A stretch of 51,741 nucleotides of DNA, from the NCBI GenBank assembly GCA_000697335.1, contig JNEM01009149.1:1-51741 (forward strand), written 5' to 3'. Each line of letters opens with the position of its first letter. The stretch's first letter is position 1. The position numbers were made by a program, and so were the translations under genes. The notes below the pieces were generated by a model. It worked only from the letters and a program-made list of their open reading frames with translations. It did no database searches and was not told where the DNA came from. Below, in pieces: positions 14,536 to 27,313 of the stretch. Origin of the DNA: Conidiobolus incongruus B7586. Taxonomy: Eukaryota.

Positions 14536-14898
14536 TGATTTTGGTAAACTATAGCTTTTACAAAGATTCAAATTAGTTATTTTATAATAATATATTCATA
14601 ATATCTAATATTGCATTTATCATATTTTTAATTTAATGGTCAGTTTTTTTTAAAATTTAAACCGAAAATTTTGAAAACTATTACTTACATTTATAAATTT
14701 AACCTTGTTTAATAAATCATAATTAAGCTATGTTAAAAATTTATAATTATTTTGATCTTACATTATTTTGAGGTTGAATTCAGTAATATTAAATAATATA
14801 TACTTTCTATTGATTTTTATCAAGAATTTTAGAATGATAAAATGAATCACAATGAATTATCAATTTTATAAATAATATATTCATTTATTATATTTAAT

Positions 14899-17405
14899 GG
14901 GCTTATTCAAATCTGTCTTGATTCTTGATTTTTCTGATTTTTCTGAAAAATGTTAAAAATGTACTTAATTATAACCTAAAAAAATTCAGTGAACTTTTTT
15001 GATAATTAACTCTAAGTTTTCCTCTTCTCAAACTAAAAAATATATAATATTCATCAAAATCACCTCATAAGTTTTATTTTTTCTTATGCTTAACACAAAA
15101 AAATAATAGAGTAGTTCATTACTTTTACTATAATAAACTTTAATAAGAACTCAGATAATCTAGCAATTTTAAGATTATTATATAAACTAAAAACCTTAGG
15201 ATACATAACTCCACACTTATTATACATACTACACTTGCTATAATAGTCTATATATAAACTTCCTTCTAAAGAAAATGATTTTAAAAGATAGATAAAGATG
15301 TTAAAGGTTAAGTTTTTCTAACTTGCTAATATTTTACAATCATATAAAAATTTCATTTCTTCTTATTAAAGAAAATAAACACCTTTAGAAACTCAATTAG
15401 TAATTACACTTTATTAACTAAGTTACAAAAAAGTATGTTTAAAAGATATAGCAGGAAAGTTATAAATAAGTGAAAGAATTGTTATTTTATATACTAAAAG
15501 ATTAATATACTTTATTAGAGAGAAATTAGATAATTAAATAGTTTAGTTAGAATATCATCATAATATAAAAAAACTTATTTAAAACAACTCTCTTTTAATA
15601 ACTATACTAATTATTTAAATGATAATTATATTTTATTTAGAAATTAGTTTATATTTTAAATTTAATTATATAATAGTAGAAAAAATACATATAATCTTTA
15701 ATATATAGTTATTATATCATTTTCAAATAAATTTATATATTTTGAGTTTAAGAAACCAAAATTATATTATAACTCTAATATTTTAAAAGCATTTAAATTA
15801 TTCAATGAGTTAAATGAATATTATAAACAAAAAGAATATATCTTTATAAATAATAGTAAATAATATAGATATTTCATATTTAAGTTAATTTAATATTAAT
15901 AACAAATAAATATCTTTATTTAATTTTTGTATTTTATAAGTTATATTAATAGTAAGTTTATAGTTACTTTATTTTAAAGAATTTAAATTGAAGTTATCTT
16001 TCTCTTTATAAAGAAAAAAATAGAGGAATTTAATATTATATATAATAAAGAGTAATTTATAATAAAAAAACTTTTGATATTTAATAAACTATTTTTTTGT
16101 TTAAGATTATTGTTTTATTATATACAAAATGTAAAAGCTTATTAATTTATTACTATAGTTATATATGTAACTACTTTCCTTTATAACTTTATTTCTTTTA
16201 ATGAATAAAACTATAATTTTAAAAAAAAGCTAAAAAAAAACTAGTGAAAATATTAATATTAATAATAATAAGCAAAATATAATCAATATATATAATGATT
16301 TTATTAAATTAAATAAATTATAAATAGTAATATTATCATAAATTAACACTTGGTTAATTATTTTAAATGTATTCTTTTGATTATATTTTGTTTTATAATA
16401 AAAATCATATAAATTAACTATTCTTTTTAAAATTCTTTTGCATTAATTATAAGAGTTTTTATTAAAAATTATTGTTGTTCTAATATTTATAAATAATATT
16501 CTTCTTATAATTACTACAGTTTAATTTATTATCTTAAGATTTTATTTTACTCTTGTATGTTTTCTTTAATAACCTTAAAAAAATTAAGTATTTTTTCTTT
16601 TTCTAATATTATCTCTTATATTTTTAAAGCTTTTAATTAAAGAAAACAATAAAAGATAAGAGTTGCTATTACTTTATTCTTTATCATTTAAGTAATTTAA
16701 TTCCTCATAATAAAACTAGTTATATAATGGAGAAGCTATAAGAGTTATATTAAAGGCTTTAAAACCTAAATTATCTTATATTAAAATATATTAACTATTT
16801 TAAATAAAAAGTTATTTCTACTATAGTATTTATTTATTAGAACTTATTCAGCAGTTTTAAATTTGAGAATAAGAGTTTTTACATGAATAAATATTTTATC
16901 AAGTTTTTTTCTCAACTTTATATAATCTACTCCTTTTAAAACAAGGATAAACTTATATATTTGAAAAAAAAGTATTTAAATTGTTAAAACACTAAGATTC
17001 ATAGTTTTCCTCTTGCCTCAACCAACTAAGTATAACTTTTATCAAATGTAGTTCAAGGGAGTCTCTATTATTATTATTAGTATTAATAGTAGATGACATA
17101 AGAGAAAAAACAAGATAAAGCTTAAAAGTAATGTTTTTGCTAATAAATTTATATGGTATTTAGCATAAAAGTTGTTTGATTAATATAGAATAAAGTCATA
17201 CTGTTGTGAATTGCAATGATAAATCTTTAGCTTTATTTTCATATTTTATAAGAGAAAATTAGTGGGTTTTATGAATTGAAAATATTGGTAAGCTATTTTT
17301 TTAACTATTTTTTTTTGATTTTTTTGGTTAAGTAACTGATTTTGGTTTTGGAAAAAATCAGTCAAATTGAAAATCAGAAAAAGTGGGACAGATTTGAGTA
17401 AGCTT
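14899..17405 (+). mobile_element. PIF/Harbinger-superfamily DNA transposon, heavily hypermutated (2507 bp)
   Basis: TIRs GGGCTTATTCAAATCTGTC (14899-14917) / GACAGATTTGAGTAAGCTT (17387-17405), mismatches are transitions only; AAT on both flanks (14896-98, 17406-08); internal relic DDE transposase motifs. Confidence 0.85.
15421..15860 (+). pseudogene. Relic Harbinger DDE transposase core (limits approximate)
   Basis: Observed ISERIVILYTKR..IV*L, FNNYTNYLNDNYILF (15594-15638), YNSRKNTYNL, PKLYYNS (15756-15776) revert by A>G/T>C only to ISEGTVILYTKR..IVWP, FDGCTGYLDGSHIPF, YNSRKxTYSL, PGSCHDS, which are DDE_Tnp_4 motifs; one frameshift near 15570. Confidence 0.8.
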
Positions 17406-18777
17406 AATATATTAAATTTTTGTTTGGAAATACTTATTTATGTGAATTTTTTAATAATTATGATATAAATCAAATCACTGTAATATTTTAAAATATTATA
17501 AAATCAGGTTCTTAAACAAAATTGAAGTTATAATTTTCTAGAAATTAATTAATAGAAAGGCATGAAACTAATAGCATATAATTGAAATATATCTTAAATT
17601 ATTATGAAAATTTATTAAATATCATTATTGATTATTGGTGAATTAGATGAGAGAAAATATAATTAAAATTAAAATATATCAATTATCAAATAATTCAAAA
17701 ATTATGAATATTATTATAAATATTAGTTAATTAGTAGTATAGCCTCAGAGTGTCTATCATCCGTTAATGCTTAAGTTACGTATAATATTCCTTCTATTCA
17801 TAACATTCAATCAAATGGCAACTTGTGAATATTGATGAGGATTAGAATTTGTACCATTAAAATGGTATTGAAAATATTATAGAAAAAATTTAATTCTGAT
17901 TAAAATAAATTATTAATCAATCATATTATTCACTATTATTATGGATCAAATAAATTAATCTATATGATTTTAAAAATAATTTTTTGTAAAGAATTGAAAA
18001 TGTTGATAAAAGGGCAATTATACTAGGTAAGGTAAAGCGAATATAAACTAATATTTTTCTAATATAAAATAAAAAATACAAAATCACTGAACCTAAAACA
18101 TTATTTATTATGATCAGGGCATTCATTCTCAATAATACTATTAATAGTACAGATTAAATAGAATTCTAATGATTAACCCTACCTTCCCGAAAGCAAGCTT
18201 AATGTAATGTAATATTTGTTATATATCAAATTTTGTCAAAATTCTCTAATCAATTATAAAATATTAATCAAAACAACTAAATTTTTCAAATTTTATAGTA
18301 AATATTTAATACTGGTATTTTAATCATTAAATAAAAGATTCCAGGTAATTGACTTAATTGTATATTTATTGGTATGTTCTTTATCCTTTAAATCTAATAG
18401 TAAAATTAAAATTAAAATTAAGTATAACAATCAGTTATTTCGAAAAATCACCCATAATTTTATGTTATTTTTTCACCTTTAATTAATGAATAGATTGTTT
18501 ATCAATTTCTGATATAAATTAGATAAGAGGATTGAATGAGGTGGTATATAGCAAATTGATAATATCTATCAGTCATGCCTTCACCGTAATGCCCAATAAG
18601 GAAATATTATGACACCAAATCCAAACAAACCCCATTTGATAAAATGGCACAAAAGTTTTGAGGTGACCTAGTTGTTTATTATTACCTAATTATTTTTTCT
18701 TATTACAAAAAATTATTATTAGCGATTACTTTTCTTAGTCTTAAGATATTTTTTATTTTTTAAGAAGTGATCTACAC

Positions 18778-20483
18778 ATGAATAATAATGAGAGTTCTGT
18801 GTCGTGTGATATCTGGAGAATTCGAAAGAAGAGATGTGATAGGGAGTTGCCGAAATGTCAAAGCTGTATTAAAAGGGGCGTCGAGTGTAATTATCCCAAT
18901 ATTTCACGTAAAAGAAACATCAATTATACCGTATTTGCTTCTTCTCAAATTAGGCTAAATTTTAAAACTAATAGCAAGGAGCAGCAAGTAGAAAATAGCA
19001 GTAAAAGAGCATTGAGAGGACGTCCTGGAAATTTCATACATAAATATGGGGTACAAATCATGCTTTTTCAACCACTTCCAAATCCAAATTCAGCTCTAAT
19101 TGATAATTTAGCACAAAACTTTATTATTCCAATTGTCTCACAACAGACTCAAAAATTCGAAACACATCTTTTACTCATGCTAACAACGCAGATTGTCCAG
19201 TATGATAAGTTTATTATACCACAAATAGATTCTTTTGTGCAACAATTACAAGTTGGAACTTTTGGCGGATTATTGAAGACAACCTTCTGCATAAATCAAG
19301 AATGGATCAATGGATTGCTTCAACCTGATTTCCAATCTCAACTAATTCTTAACTATTTCACAAGTTTGCACATCATTTATCCTTACTTGTCAAAATATCG
19401 GTTTTTTACAAATATTGATTTTATGTCTCCAAATTTGACAAGTGTAATGTTGTATGTTAGCTACACAACATATCTCAAGCAACATCAGGAATTGCGTAAA
19501 TATCTCAAGCATTCTGCTCTGATCCAACTCAAGAAAAATATGTTTAATGTGATCCTTCAAGTTTGTCGAGCGCTATGTATTTTCAGCTATTTTATGCTAT
19601 TAGAGGGCTTGAGCAAGCAATCATTAGCCTATTTCAATCAAGCTTGTCTCATGGCAACTTCTTTGGGAATCTATAGAGGAATGCCTAATATAAGTTCAGA
19701 AATTCGACATGAAAGACACTGCCTTCAAACCTAGTTAAAAACTCAAGATTGTCATTTGTCAGCTAAAATAAGTTCATAACTATATTTCCTATTTATGGCA
19801 CCCTGCACTAAATCTTTGGATCCAATATATCAAATGGATCCACATCAAACACTACGCGCCGAGTTAGCTTGTACTATGCGCGATTGCTTTAATCTCTATT
19901 GGGCTCCGGGAGCTAGTCTAATGGTCGCATACTCTTTGATGGTATCTACCAAATCAAAATAGTTTCACTGCCAGGACTTTAAGGAAAAGTGCCAGTTTTT
20001 TGGCGAATCATGGACCTATTTCTTTCGAAATTGCTTGATCCGATTTTTAATAATATCAGACCGATACAAGGGTAAAGAAGAGATGCAAATGATCAACAGA
20101 TTGGTGTGGACGCATTGTGGAATTTATTGCCATCTCAGTCTAGTGACATACTCACAACTCCCACCCGCTGTTGATCCAGAAACAAGTGAACTGAATCCTA
20201 GCATCATGAAAGCAATCCAAGCAGCAACCGCCACCTACAGCATCTCTGACCAAAATGCTGAAAATTTTGTGCAAATGTTCTATCACTATCTATCTCAAAT
20301 ATCCTTCTTCTATATCGATATCGCAATGCATTTTGAATCTCACTATCCCACTCAATCCGATGTAATTTCTAAACTGCAACAAGCATAAACTATAATATTT
20401 TTCAAAAAAAGTATCATCAGAAAAATGATACTGTGGGAGTATTGGTATCTATGGTGAACTATTTTAAAATTTAATTGAAATAA
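18778..20483 (+). pseudogene. Zn2Cys6 TF paralog 1, pseudogene
   Basis: Second zinc-ligand Cys is Trp (TGG 18814-16); in-frame stops at 19732, 19777, 19960, 20386 and a frameshift near 20400; homology continues to KKYH..DT..V..SM.NYFKI*LK* ending 20483. Confidence 0.88.
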
Positions 20484-22751
20484 ATATTATGATACAGGCC
20501 ATTATTTTGATAAAAGTTTTTATTTTCATTAATTTATATAGTTGATTTATTTGATATTTATTAATTATATCAAAAATATGATAGTCAATAAGAATACTTA
20601 GAACCGTTATTTTGATCACTATCAAATATTCAATTTTTGACTAGTACCTAAATTGTGATTTTATGTGCTTTTAAATAGTGGTAGTCTATATTATGAGTGT
20701 TTACATTAAGAACATTTAGTATTTTTAATGATATACACACCGAATTCATATAAGAATTATAAAATACTATGTAAAATCAATAAATCTTTGAATAAATAAA
20801 TTATACTAGTGTCACAAAAATTGTATTTTATTAAACTGACTAGAGGATATTCTTAATCATCGTTTTAGGTAAGTAATTAATGATATAAAGCTAAATTTAT
20901 TTATAAAAAATTGAGTATGTTTAATAAAGTAGCATTATAATAGAATATCATGTATAATTGCAAAATATAATATATTATAATGAATATTTCAACATATGAA
21001 CAATTAATTTTATTCAAAATAAGGCTATTTATCATATTCAAAATACATATTAAATGAAATATTTGAAATTGAAGAAAATTATTCTAGTATCCATTCAAAT
21101 AATTATATTTGAAAATGTATCTAATAGAAAAATATAAGTCAGTATTTGATTTCAAACAATTCAGAGTTATCGTTTGGTTAATTTATTCTTATACCACTTA
21201 ACATTCTATAGATATTAGGTTCAAATCATTATTGGTATTCAACAAAGAAAGGTATATTAATCAGAATATATTACATTTTAGATACTAATTGAACATTTAA
21301 TCGATTATTAAAATTAGAATGTAATCAACTTTTAAACATAATTTTAGTATATATCTTTCTAATTGATTGTATTTAAAAAAGCGGTATACAATAATTGATA
21401 TTGAATAATATTATCAAGATAAGGATATATACAGTTTGTCATTAATAATATAATATCAGTAATTAATTACAAAATAACTACAAAATATATCTTAAGGATG
21501 ATTATTCAGATTTTATATGTTTAACGAAAAATAATAACTATCAATAAAGTATGATTTGATTTATTGAATTCATATATTGATACATTCTTTTCATCCTTTC
21601 AAGGGATTAGTTTTGCACTTTAAACATATGTTTTATTATTCCGCAATGAAAATTTTATAATATTCATTTTATAAAGAAATAAATATTTAGATTAATAAAA
21701 ACAACTTATATAATTTATATATATTACTATAGCAAAATATTCACAAGCAAGAGCTAATTTTCTTTAATCATAATTTAAACCCAATTTTATTATACTCAAA
21801 TTTGAGGTACCATTACTACTTTATAGACTGAAATATATTAATTATCCATTCAACAGATATCACAGTGTAATGAGTAAGAAAAAAATGAAATAATTATTAT
21901 TTGCATATATTTTTTGGAAATAAATAATATATCAAATAATATTACAATTTTTTTAAAGATTATGGTATGAATTTTTGATACTTAATGAAAATATACTCAA
22001 ATACACTGTAATTAGTATCAAAGATAATAGTTATTTATCAATACCTTTAGTAAGCAATAAATTATATCCATAGATAAATATTATTGTATAAATTGAAAAA
22101 TTTGCTTGAAATTTATTTGAAATGAAATATCTGATATTTTCAAACTTATATAAATTTTATCAAAATCTGATGTAAATTAGATATCAATATGTTTTAATAA
22201 GTAGAGATTGAATCTTCCAAATGCATGATTAAAAATTAAATTTTACAGGTTAGATATTTCTAGAACTAATTTTAATTATAATAATTGATATGAAACACAT
22301 TTATGGATTTCAAAAATGTCACTTTGAAAGAAACATAAACATTGGGTAGAGTGAAAATATTAGTTCAATATTCAAGATATATAAATGTTATAATATTAAA
22401 AAATTACTTAAATTTATATATTATTGAAAATATCGAAATTTATAAAATTCAGAATTAGAGAAATCTAATAATAATGGATTATAGTTTGTTTGCTTCATTT
22501 ATTTCATTAATGAAATTCTAAATTTTTATAATTCACTTAAAAAATTATTAATAACAACATATCAAATATTAGTAATCATTTAAAAAATGGAAATTCTAAA
22601 TAATTCAATTTATCAAAGCGTTATATTTATTCGATGAAAATATTTATTTTGCTTAAGCATTAAAGGACATTTTTTTATTTAAGGATGATCAATCGCTTAT
22701 AGATGGAAATTGTAACCGGTTAATATAAAATTATGAAAGTAATAACGCAAG

Positions 22752-24461
22752 ATGGTACACGTGACTGAGAGCTTGGTTTCTTGTGATTCATGTCGAAAAA
22801 GGAGGATAAGATGTGGAAGAGAGTTACCAAGGTGTAGGGGCTGTATTAAAAAATGTATAATCTGCAATTATCCAAGCCAACCTCACAAAAGAAGCACAGG
22901 AGAGACAGTTTTTTCATCCTGCGAAAATAAATTAAAATTGAACAAGTTAGAATTAAATAATACCAATCAATCCACATTGCTATTGCATTCAGTGAGCTCT
23001 AATTATAAATTTAAAATTAAACTTTATCAGCCAATGACTGGACTTAGTCCCATATCTACCGACTCGATTGCACATAATTCAGTATCTATGATACAACTGA
23101 AGCAACCTCATAAATTTGAAACTCACCTTTTACTCTTATTGACAACACAAATTGTCAATTATGACAAACAAGTGATTCCCGAAATCGATGCTTTTGTAAA
23201 TAAATTACAATTAGGAATTTTCGGTGGAGTGACCAAAGTGAACTTCCACATGAATCAGGAATGGATCCAAGAGCTATTTCATCCAGACTTTCAAATCAAT
23301 CAAATTAATAACTATTTCGCAACCTTTCACTTGGGCATACCATATCTTTCAAAATATCATTTCTTTACTAACTTGGAAAAAGTTTCATCTTTGCTCAAAA
23401 GTGTAATCATATATATTGGATATGCTAGCTCTCGTAAGCAACATCCAGAATTATTGAAATATTTGAAGCATTGTGCTCTAATCCAGTTAAAGAAAAATAT
23501 GTTCACCATTAATCTTGATATATGTCAAGCTTTATATATTTTCAGTTACTTTATGTTCCTTCAAGGTTTGGTCAAACAATCTTTAACGTATTTCCATCAA
23601 GCTTATCTAATGTCCAGTGCTTTGGGGATCTTTTTAAAAATGCCCAACTTGAGCACAGATCAACGAAGTCAAAGATATTTTCTTGGAACTACTTCCTATT
23701 CTCACGATTCACACTTGGCAGCTACTTTGCGTATGCAACCTTACTTTTTATTTTTAAATCCGACATGGCTAACTTTGGATCCAGTGTATCAGATCAGTCC
23801 ATATTCCGAAGATTCTTGCGAAATGATACATGCAGAGTGCATATGCATCAATAGGATGTGCTTTGTACTCTTTTGGACACCTTCAACCAATCTAATGATA
23901 ATATACTCGCTCATTGCTGCCAAACAACCCACTACTCTTGATCTTAATACCACAGTTCATAGAATTCGAATTCTTGAATATCTATTCGATTTATGCCTAA
24001 TTAAATCTTTAGAAGTCTACTTGGAATTATCAAAAAAATACAAACAAGAAAATGAGCTCAATATTATCAAAAAATCAGTATGGATAATTTGTGGCCTATA
24101 TTATCATTTGAAAATTCTGTTATACTCTCAAGTTTCCCCGACTGTGGATCCAAATACTGGAAATCTCAATTCAGACACACTAAAAGCAATGAAAGCAGCT
24201 ACAGCTATATATAATATTACAATGTGCGATCCAGAGTGTTGTATTCCGATGTTTTATCATCATCTATCACAGATTTCGATGCTTTATATCAAAACAATTC
24301 TAGTATTAGACAATTATCCTCGCATAAAACTCCAACTCACTCAAAAATTAAGAGATATTTATAAATTATTTATATATTTTAAAAAAAAGTATCATTTTTC
24401 AGAAGATACTTTGGAAGTGATCGAATCAATGGCAAATTATTTCAAAATACATATCAAATAA
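22752..24461 (+). CDS. Zn(II)2Cys6 transcription factor with fungal middle-homology region, paralog 2 (569 aa, intronless)
   Basis: CDSCRKRRIRCGRELPRCRGCIKKCIICNYP = Cx2Cx6Cx6Cx2Cx6C; YFxxFHxxxPYLSK...AYLMSSALGI MHR-like segment. Confidence 0.93.
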   Translation: MVHVTESLVSCDSCRKRRIRCGRELPRCRGCIKKCIICNYPSQPHKRSTGETVFSSCENKLKLNKLELNNTNQSTLLLHSVSSNYKFKIKLYQPMTGLSPISTDSIAHNSVSMIQLKQPHKFETHLLLLLTTQIVNYDKQVIPEIDAFVNKLQLGIFGGVTKVNFHMNQEWIQELFHPDFQINQINNYFATFHLGIPYLSKYHFFTNLEKVSSLLKSVIIYIGYASSRKQHPELLKYLKHCALIQLKKNMFTINLDICQALYIFSYFMFLQGLVKQSLTYFHQAYLMSSALGIFLKMPNLSTDQRSQRYFLGTTSYSHDSHLAATLRMQPYFLFLNPTWLTLDPVYQISPYSEDSCEMIHAECICINRMCFVLFWTPSTNLMIIYSLIAAKQPTTLDLNTTVHRIRILEYLFDLCLIKSLEVYLELSKKYKQENELNIIKKSVWIICGLYYHLKILLYSQVSPTVDPNTGNLNSDTLKAMKAATAIYNITMCDPECCIPMFYHHLSQISMLYIKTILVLDNYPRIKLQLTQKLRDIYKLFIYFKKKYHFSEDTLEVIESMANYFKIHIK

Positions 24462-25044
24462 ATATTATTATATATTGCTATTAGTATTTTTTAACTCTCT
24501 AGCTTTGATTTGCATTCTATAATTTTAATATCCTGTATTTAATATTAGATATTGGTTTAATAATGATTGAAGCAAATAACAACTCAGATCCAAACTCTTC
24601 TATAATTTTATATAAACCACAAAATAATAAATTTTGAATTCAACTGAAATTAAATTTAATTACATAATAAATGAAATAAAATTATTTGTTTATGATCGAT
24701 AGAATTGCAAGTAAAGTATAAAATATTTTGATAAATTTAAAGAAAATCTATTACTAATATATTAATTATTCAGTTATGGAATTATAAAATATATTACACT
24801 TGTCAAGATAGTATAATAGTTCATTTTATTTTTACATATTATTGAAATTATTTTTCAATTTTAATTAAATAATTATTTTAAAAACATCTAGTTGATAAAA
24901 TGTAACCAAGGATGAAAAATTGTAAAATATATATTAAACACGTCATATTTATTTTGAGTTTAAATTTAAAGTATCAACTTAATGATATTTGTATAGTTTT
25001 ATCAAATTTAGAAAAGACTAAATATAATAATGTATATAACATTG

Positions 25045-25398
25045 TGTTGTATTTATAAGTTTTATAATTAAAGGTCATTGTTGCAAAAGTACTTGTAATA
25101 TGATTTAGTAAATTATTTATTAATCCTGCTCTTTAATGTATTGGGACTGTATGTCTAAAAACTTACTGTTGAGACATTGTAGTAGAATATCCAGAAAAAC
25201 TTTCTTTCTATCTTTATCACTTTTAGGGTATAAATAGTTGATTCAATGAAGGATATGGGGTTTGGTTAAAGTTTAACAGAGTGGACAAAGAGAACAAAAA
25301 GTATCGTTTAATTATAGGCTGACAAAGCCAGCTTAAAATAAAAATAGTATTGGTTTGGCTATCAAACTGGGATAGGAGGTTAATTTTGAAATACAACA
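25045..25398 (-). mobile_element. Solo LTR, family A copy 1 (354 bp)
   Basis: Perfect 10-bp terminal inverted repeat TGTTGTATTT / AAATACAACA; aligns end to end with the reverse complement of 30345-30706 (GTATTGGGACTGTATGTC vs GACATACAGTCCCGATAC); flanks ATTG/ATAG. Confidence 0.8.
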
Positions 25399-25585
25399 AT
25401 AGTAAATAAATTTATAAAATCTATGAAGATACTAGGAATTCATGTAATTAAAAATAACAAGGATTTTGCCAAGTTATTTGTTTAATATTTTATATTTTTA
25501 TATTCAATAGTTGGAATAAGATAAATATATATTACTTTACAAAAAAGAATATATCAAAAGAATTATATTTATCTAAACATATTAT

Positions 25586-27313
25586 CTATTTAATAGGTTT
25601 TAATTGAATTTTGAAATGACTAGCCATTGTTTCGATTACATCCAAAGTGTCTTCAGAGAAGTGGTATTTGGCTTTAAATTGAATAAATAAAATATAGATA
25701 TCTTGTAACTTTTTGATAAGCCCTAATTGAATATGAGGATATTGCTTGATTTCCAGTATTATTTTGATATAAAATAATGATATTTGGAATAGGTAATGAT
25801 AAAACATTGTAACACAACTCTCTGGATTACTTGATGTGATATTATAAATTCCTGTAGCAGCTTTAATTGCTTTCAATGTGGGCCAATTTAGTTGTTGTGT
25901 TGTTGGATTGATAGTTGAATGCAGCTGAGAGGATAAAATTAAATTCAAAGTATAATACATTCCACAATGTGACCACACTGATGCCTTGATAATATCTTTC
26001 TCGGGTTTTTTAATATAAACTTGTGATAGATTCAAATATCGTTTGAGTGTATTGATAAAAGAATAATTAAATAGCTGATTGAGATATTGGATTTTCTCAA
26101 TGAACAACTCCTTATCCAACTCAGTTGATTTTTTTGATAACATTAGTGAATAAATCACCATCAAATTGGTTGAAGGAGTCCAATATCGGTTAAAACAGTC
26201 TCGAGTTATGCATGTACATTCGGCCAATAATTTTTCGTTAGAATCTGAAGAGTAAGGATTAATTTGATAATTTGGGTCTAATGATTTAAGATGGGGTCCT
26301 GTATATTGAAAATAAGGCTGGATTCTTAATGTGGCAGCCAAATGAGAATCTTGAGAATACGAAGAAACTCGGAGAGACTGCCGGTCTTGTTGAATTTCTG
26401 GATGGATATTAGGGATATCTGTGTGAATTCCCAAAGCAGAGGACATGAGGCATGCTTGATTGAAATAAGATAGCGATTGTTTTGCTAGACCTTGAAATAA
26501 CATTGAGTAGCTAAAAATATACAAAGCTTGGCATGTACTAACACTAACTGTGAACATATTTTTCTTGACCTGGATAAGGGCGCAATGTTTTAAATACTTC
26601 AACAGTTCAGGATACTGCTTAGGGTGATTAGTGTAACCTACATATAATATTACGCTCATTAAAACAGGTGAAATTTTTTCAATATTAGAGAAAAAACGGT
26701 ATTTTGAAAAATATGGATGTACTAAGTGAAATCTACTGAAAAAGCTATTGATTAACATATTTTGAAAATCATGACGAAACAATTCTTTGATCCATTCTTG
26801 ATCCATGTGAAAGATAAGTTTAGCTTGTCCTCCGAAAATTCCCGCTTGTAATTTAGAGATAAACGGTTCAATTTTGGGGATGATATCCTGATCTATTTCA
26901 ATAATTTGAGTCGTTAGTTTAAGAATAAGATGTGTTTCAAATCTTTTATATTCATTTCGAGGAGTCAGAATACAAAATTGTGGATATATATCCTGGCTCA
27001 AAGTTGACTTGTATGATGAAATAGGTTGGTATAAAATAAGATTTCCTTCATTTTTGAGCGATTGCCTTTGGTATCTGTTTTTCAATAAGTTATTTTTTCC
27101 AACCTGTAAACGTTTACCACCAATTCGAAAATATAATTTGTGTAGAGTAGAGGAAAAAACAGTATTCTTGATGTGACGTTTATGAGATGTATTCGGGTAA
27201 ATGCAATTTACATTCTTTTTAATGCATCCTAAGCATTTGGGTAACTCTCTCCCACATCTTTTTTTGCTAATCCTACAAGAATCGCAAGAAACTGAGTTAT
27301 TTTGTATTTCCAT
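25586..27313 (-). CDS. Zn(II)2Cys6 transcription factor, paralog 3 (575 aa, intronless; only paralog on minus strand)
   Basis: CDSCRISKKRCGRELPKCLGCIKKNVNCIYP; colinear similarity to paralogs 2 and 5; TATATAAA-like box at 27391-27398 upstream. Confidence 0.93.
   Translation of the reverse strand: MEIQNNSVSCDSCRISKKRCGRELPKCLGCIKKNVNCIYPNTSHKRHIKNTVFSSTLHKLYFRIGGKRLQVGKNNLLKNRYQRQSLKNEGNLILYQPISSYKSTLSQDIYPQFCILTPRNEYKRFETHLILKLTTQIIEIDQDIIPKIEPFISKLQAGIFGGQAKLIFHMDQEWIKELFRHDFQNMLINSFFSRFHLVHPYFSKYRFFSNIEKISPVLMSVILYVGYTNHPKQYPELLKYLKHCALIQVKKNMFTVSVSTCQALYIFSYSMLFQGLAKQSLSYFNQACLMSSALGIHTDIPNIHPEIQQDRQSLRVSSYSQDSHLAATLRIQPYFQYTGPHLKSLDPNYQINPYSSDSNEKLLAECTCITRDCFNRYWTPSTNLMVIYSLMLSKKSTELDKELFIEKIQYLNQLFNYSFINTLKRYLNLSQVYIKKPEKDIIKASVWSHCGMYYTLNLILSSQLHSTINPTTQQLNWPTLKAIKAATGIYNITSSNPESCVTMFYHYLFQISLFYIKIILEIKQYPHIQLGLIKKLQDIYILFIQFKAKYHFSEDTLDVIETMASHFKIQLKPIK

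Noticed and set aside
19732..19962. In-frame TAG stops in paralog 1 as A-to-I editing or readthrough sites
   Set aside because: Aligned paralog residues are not Trp; TAA stops, a frameshift and a lost Cys indicate ordinary pseudogenisation
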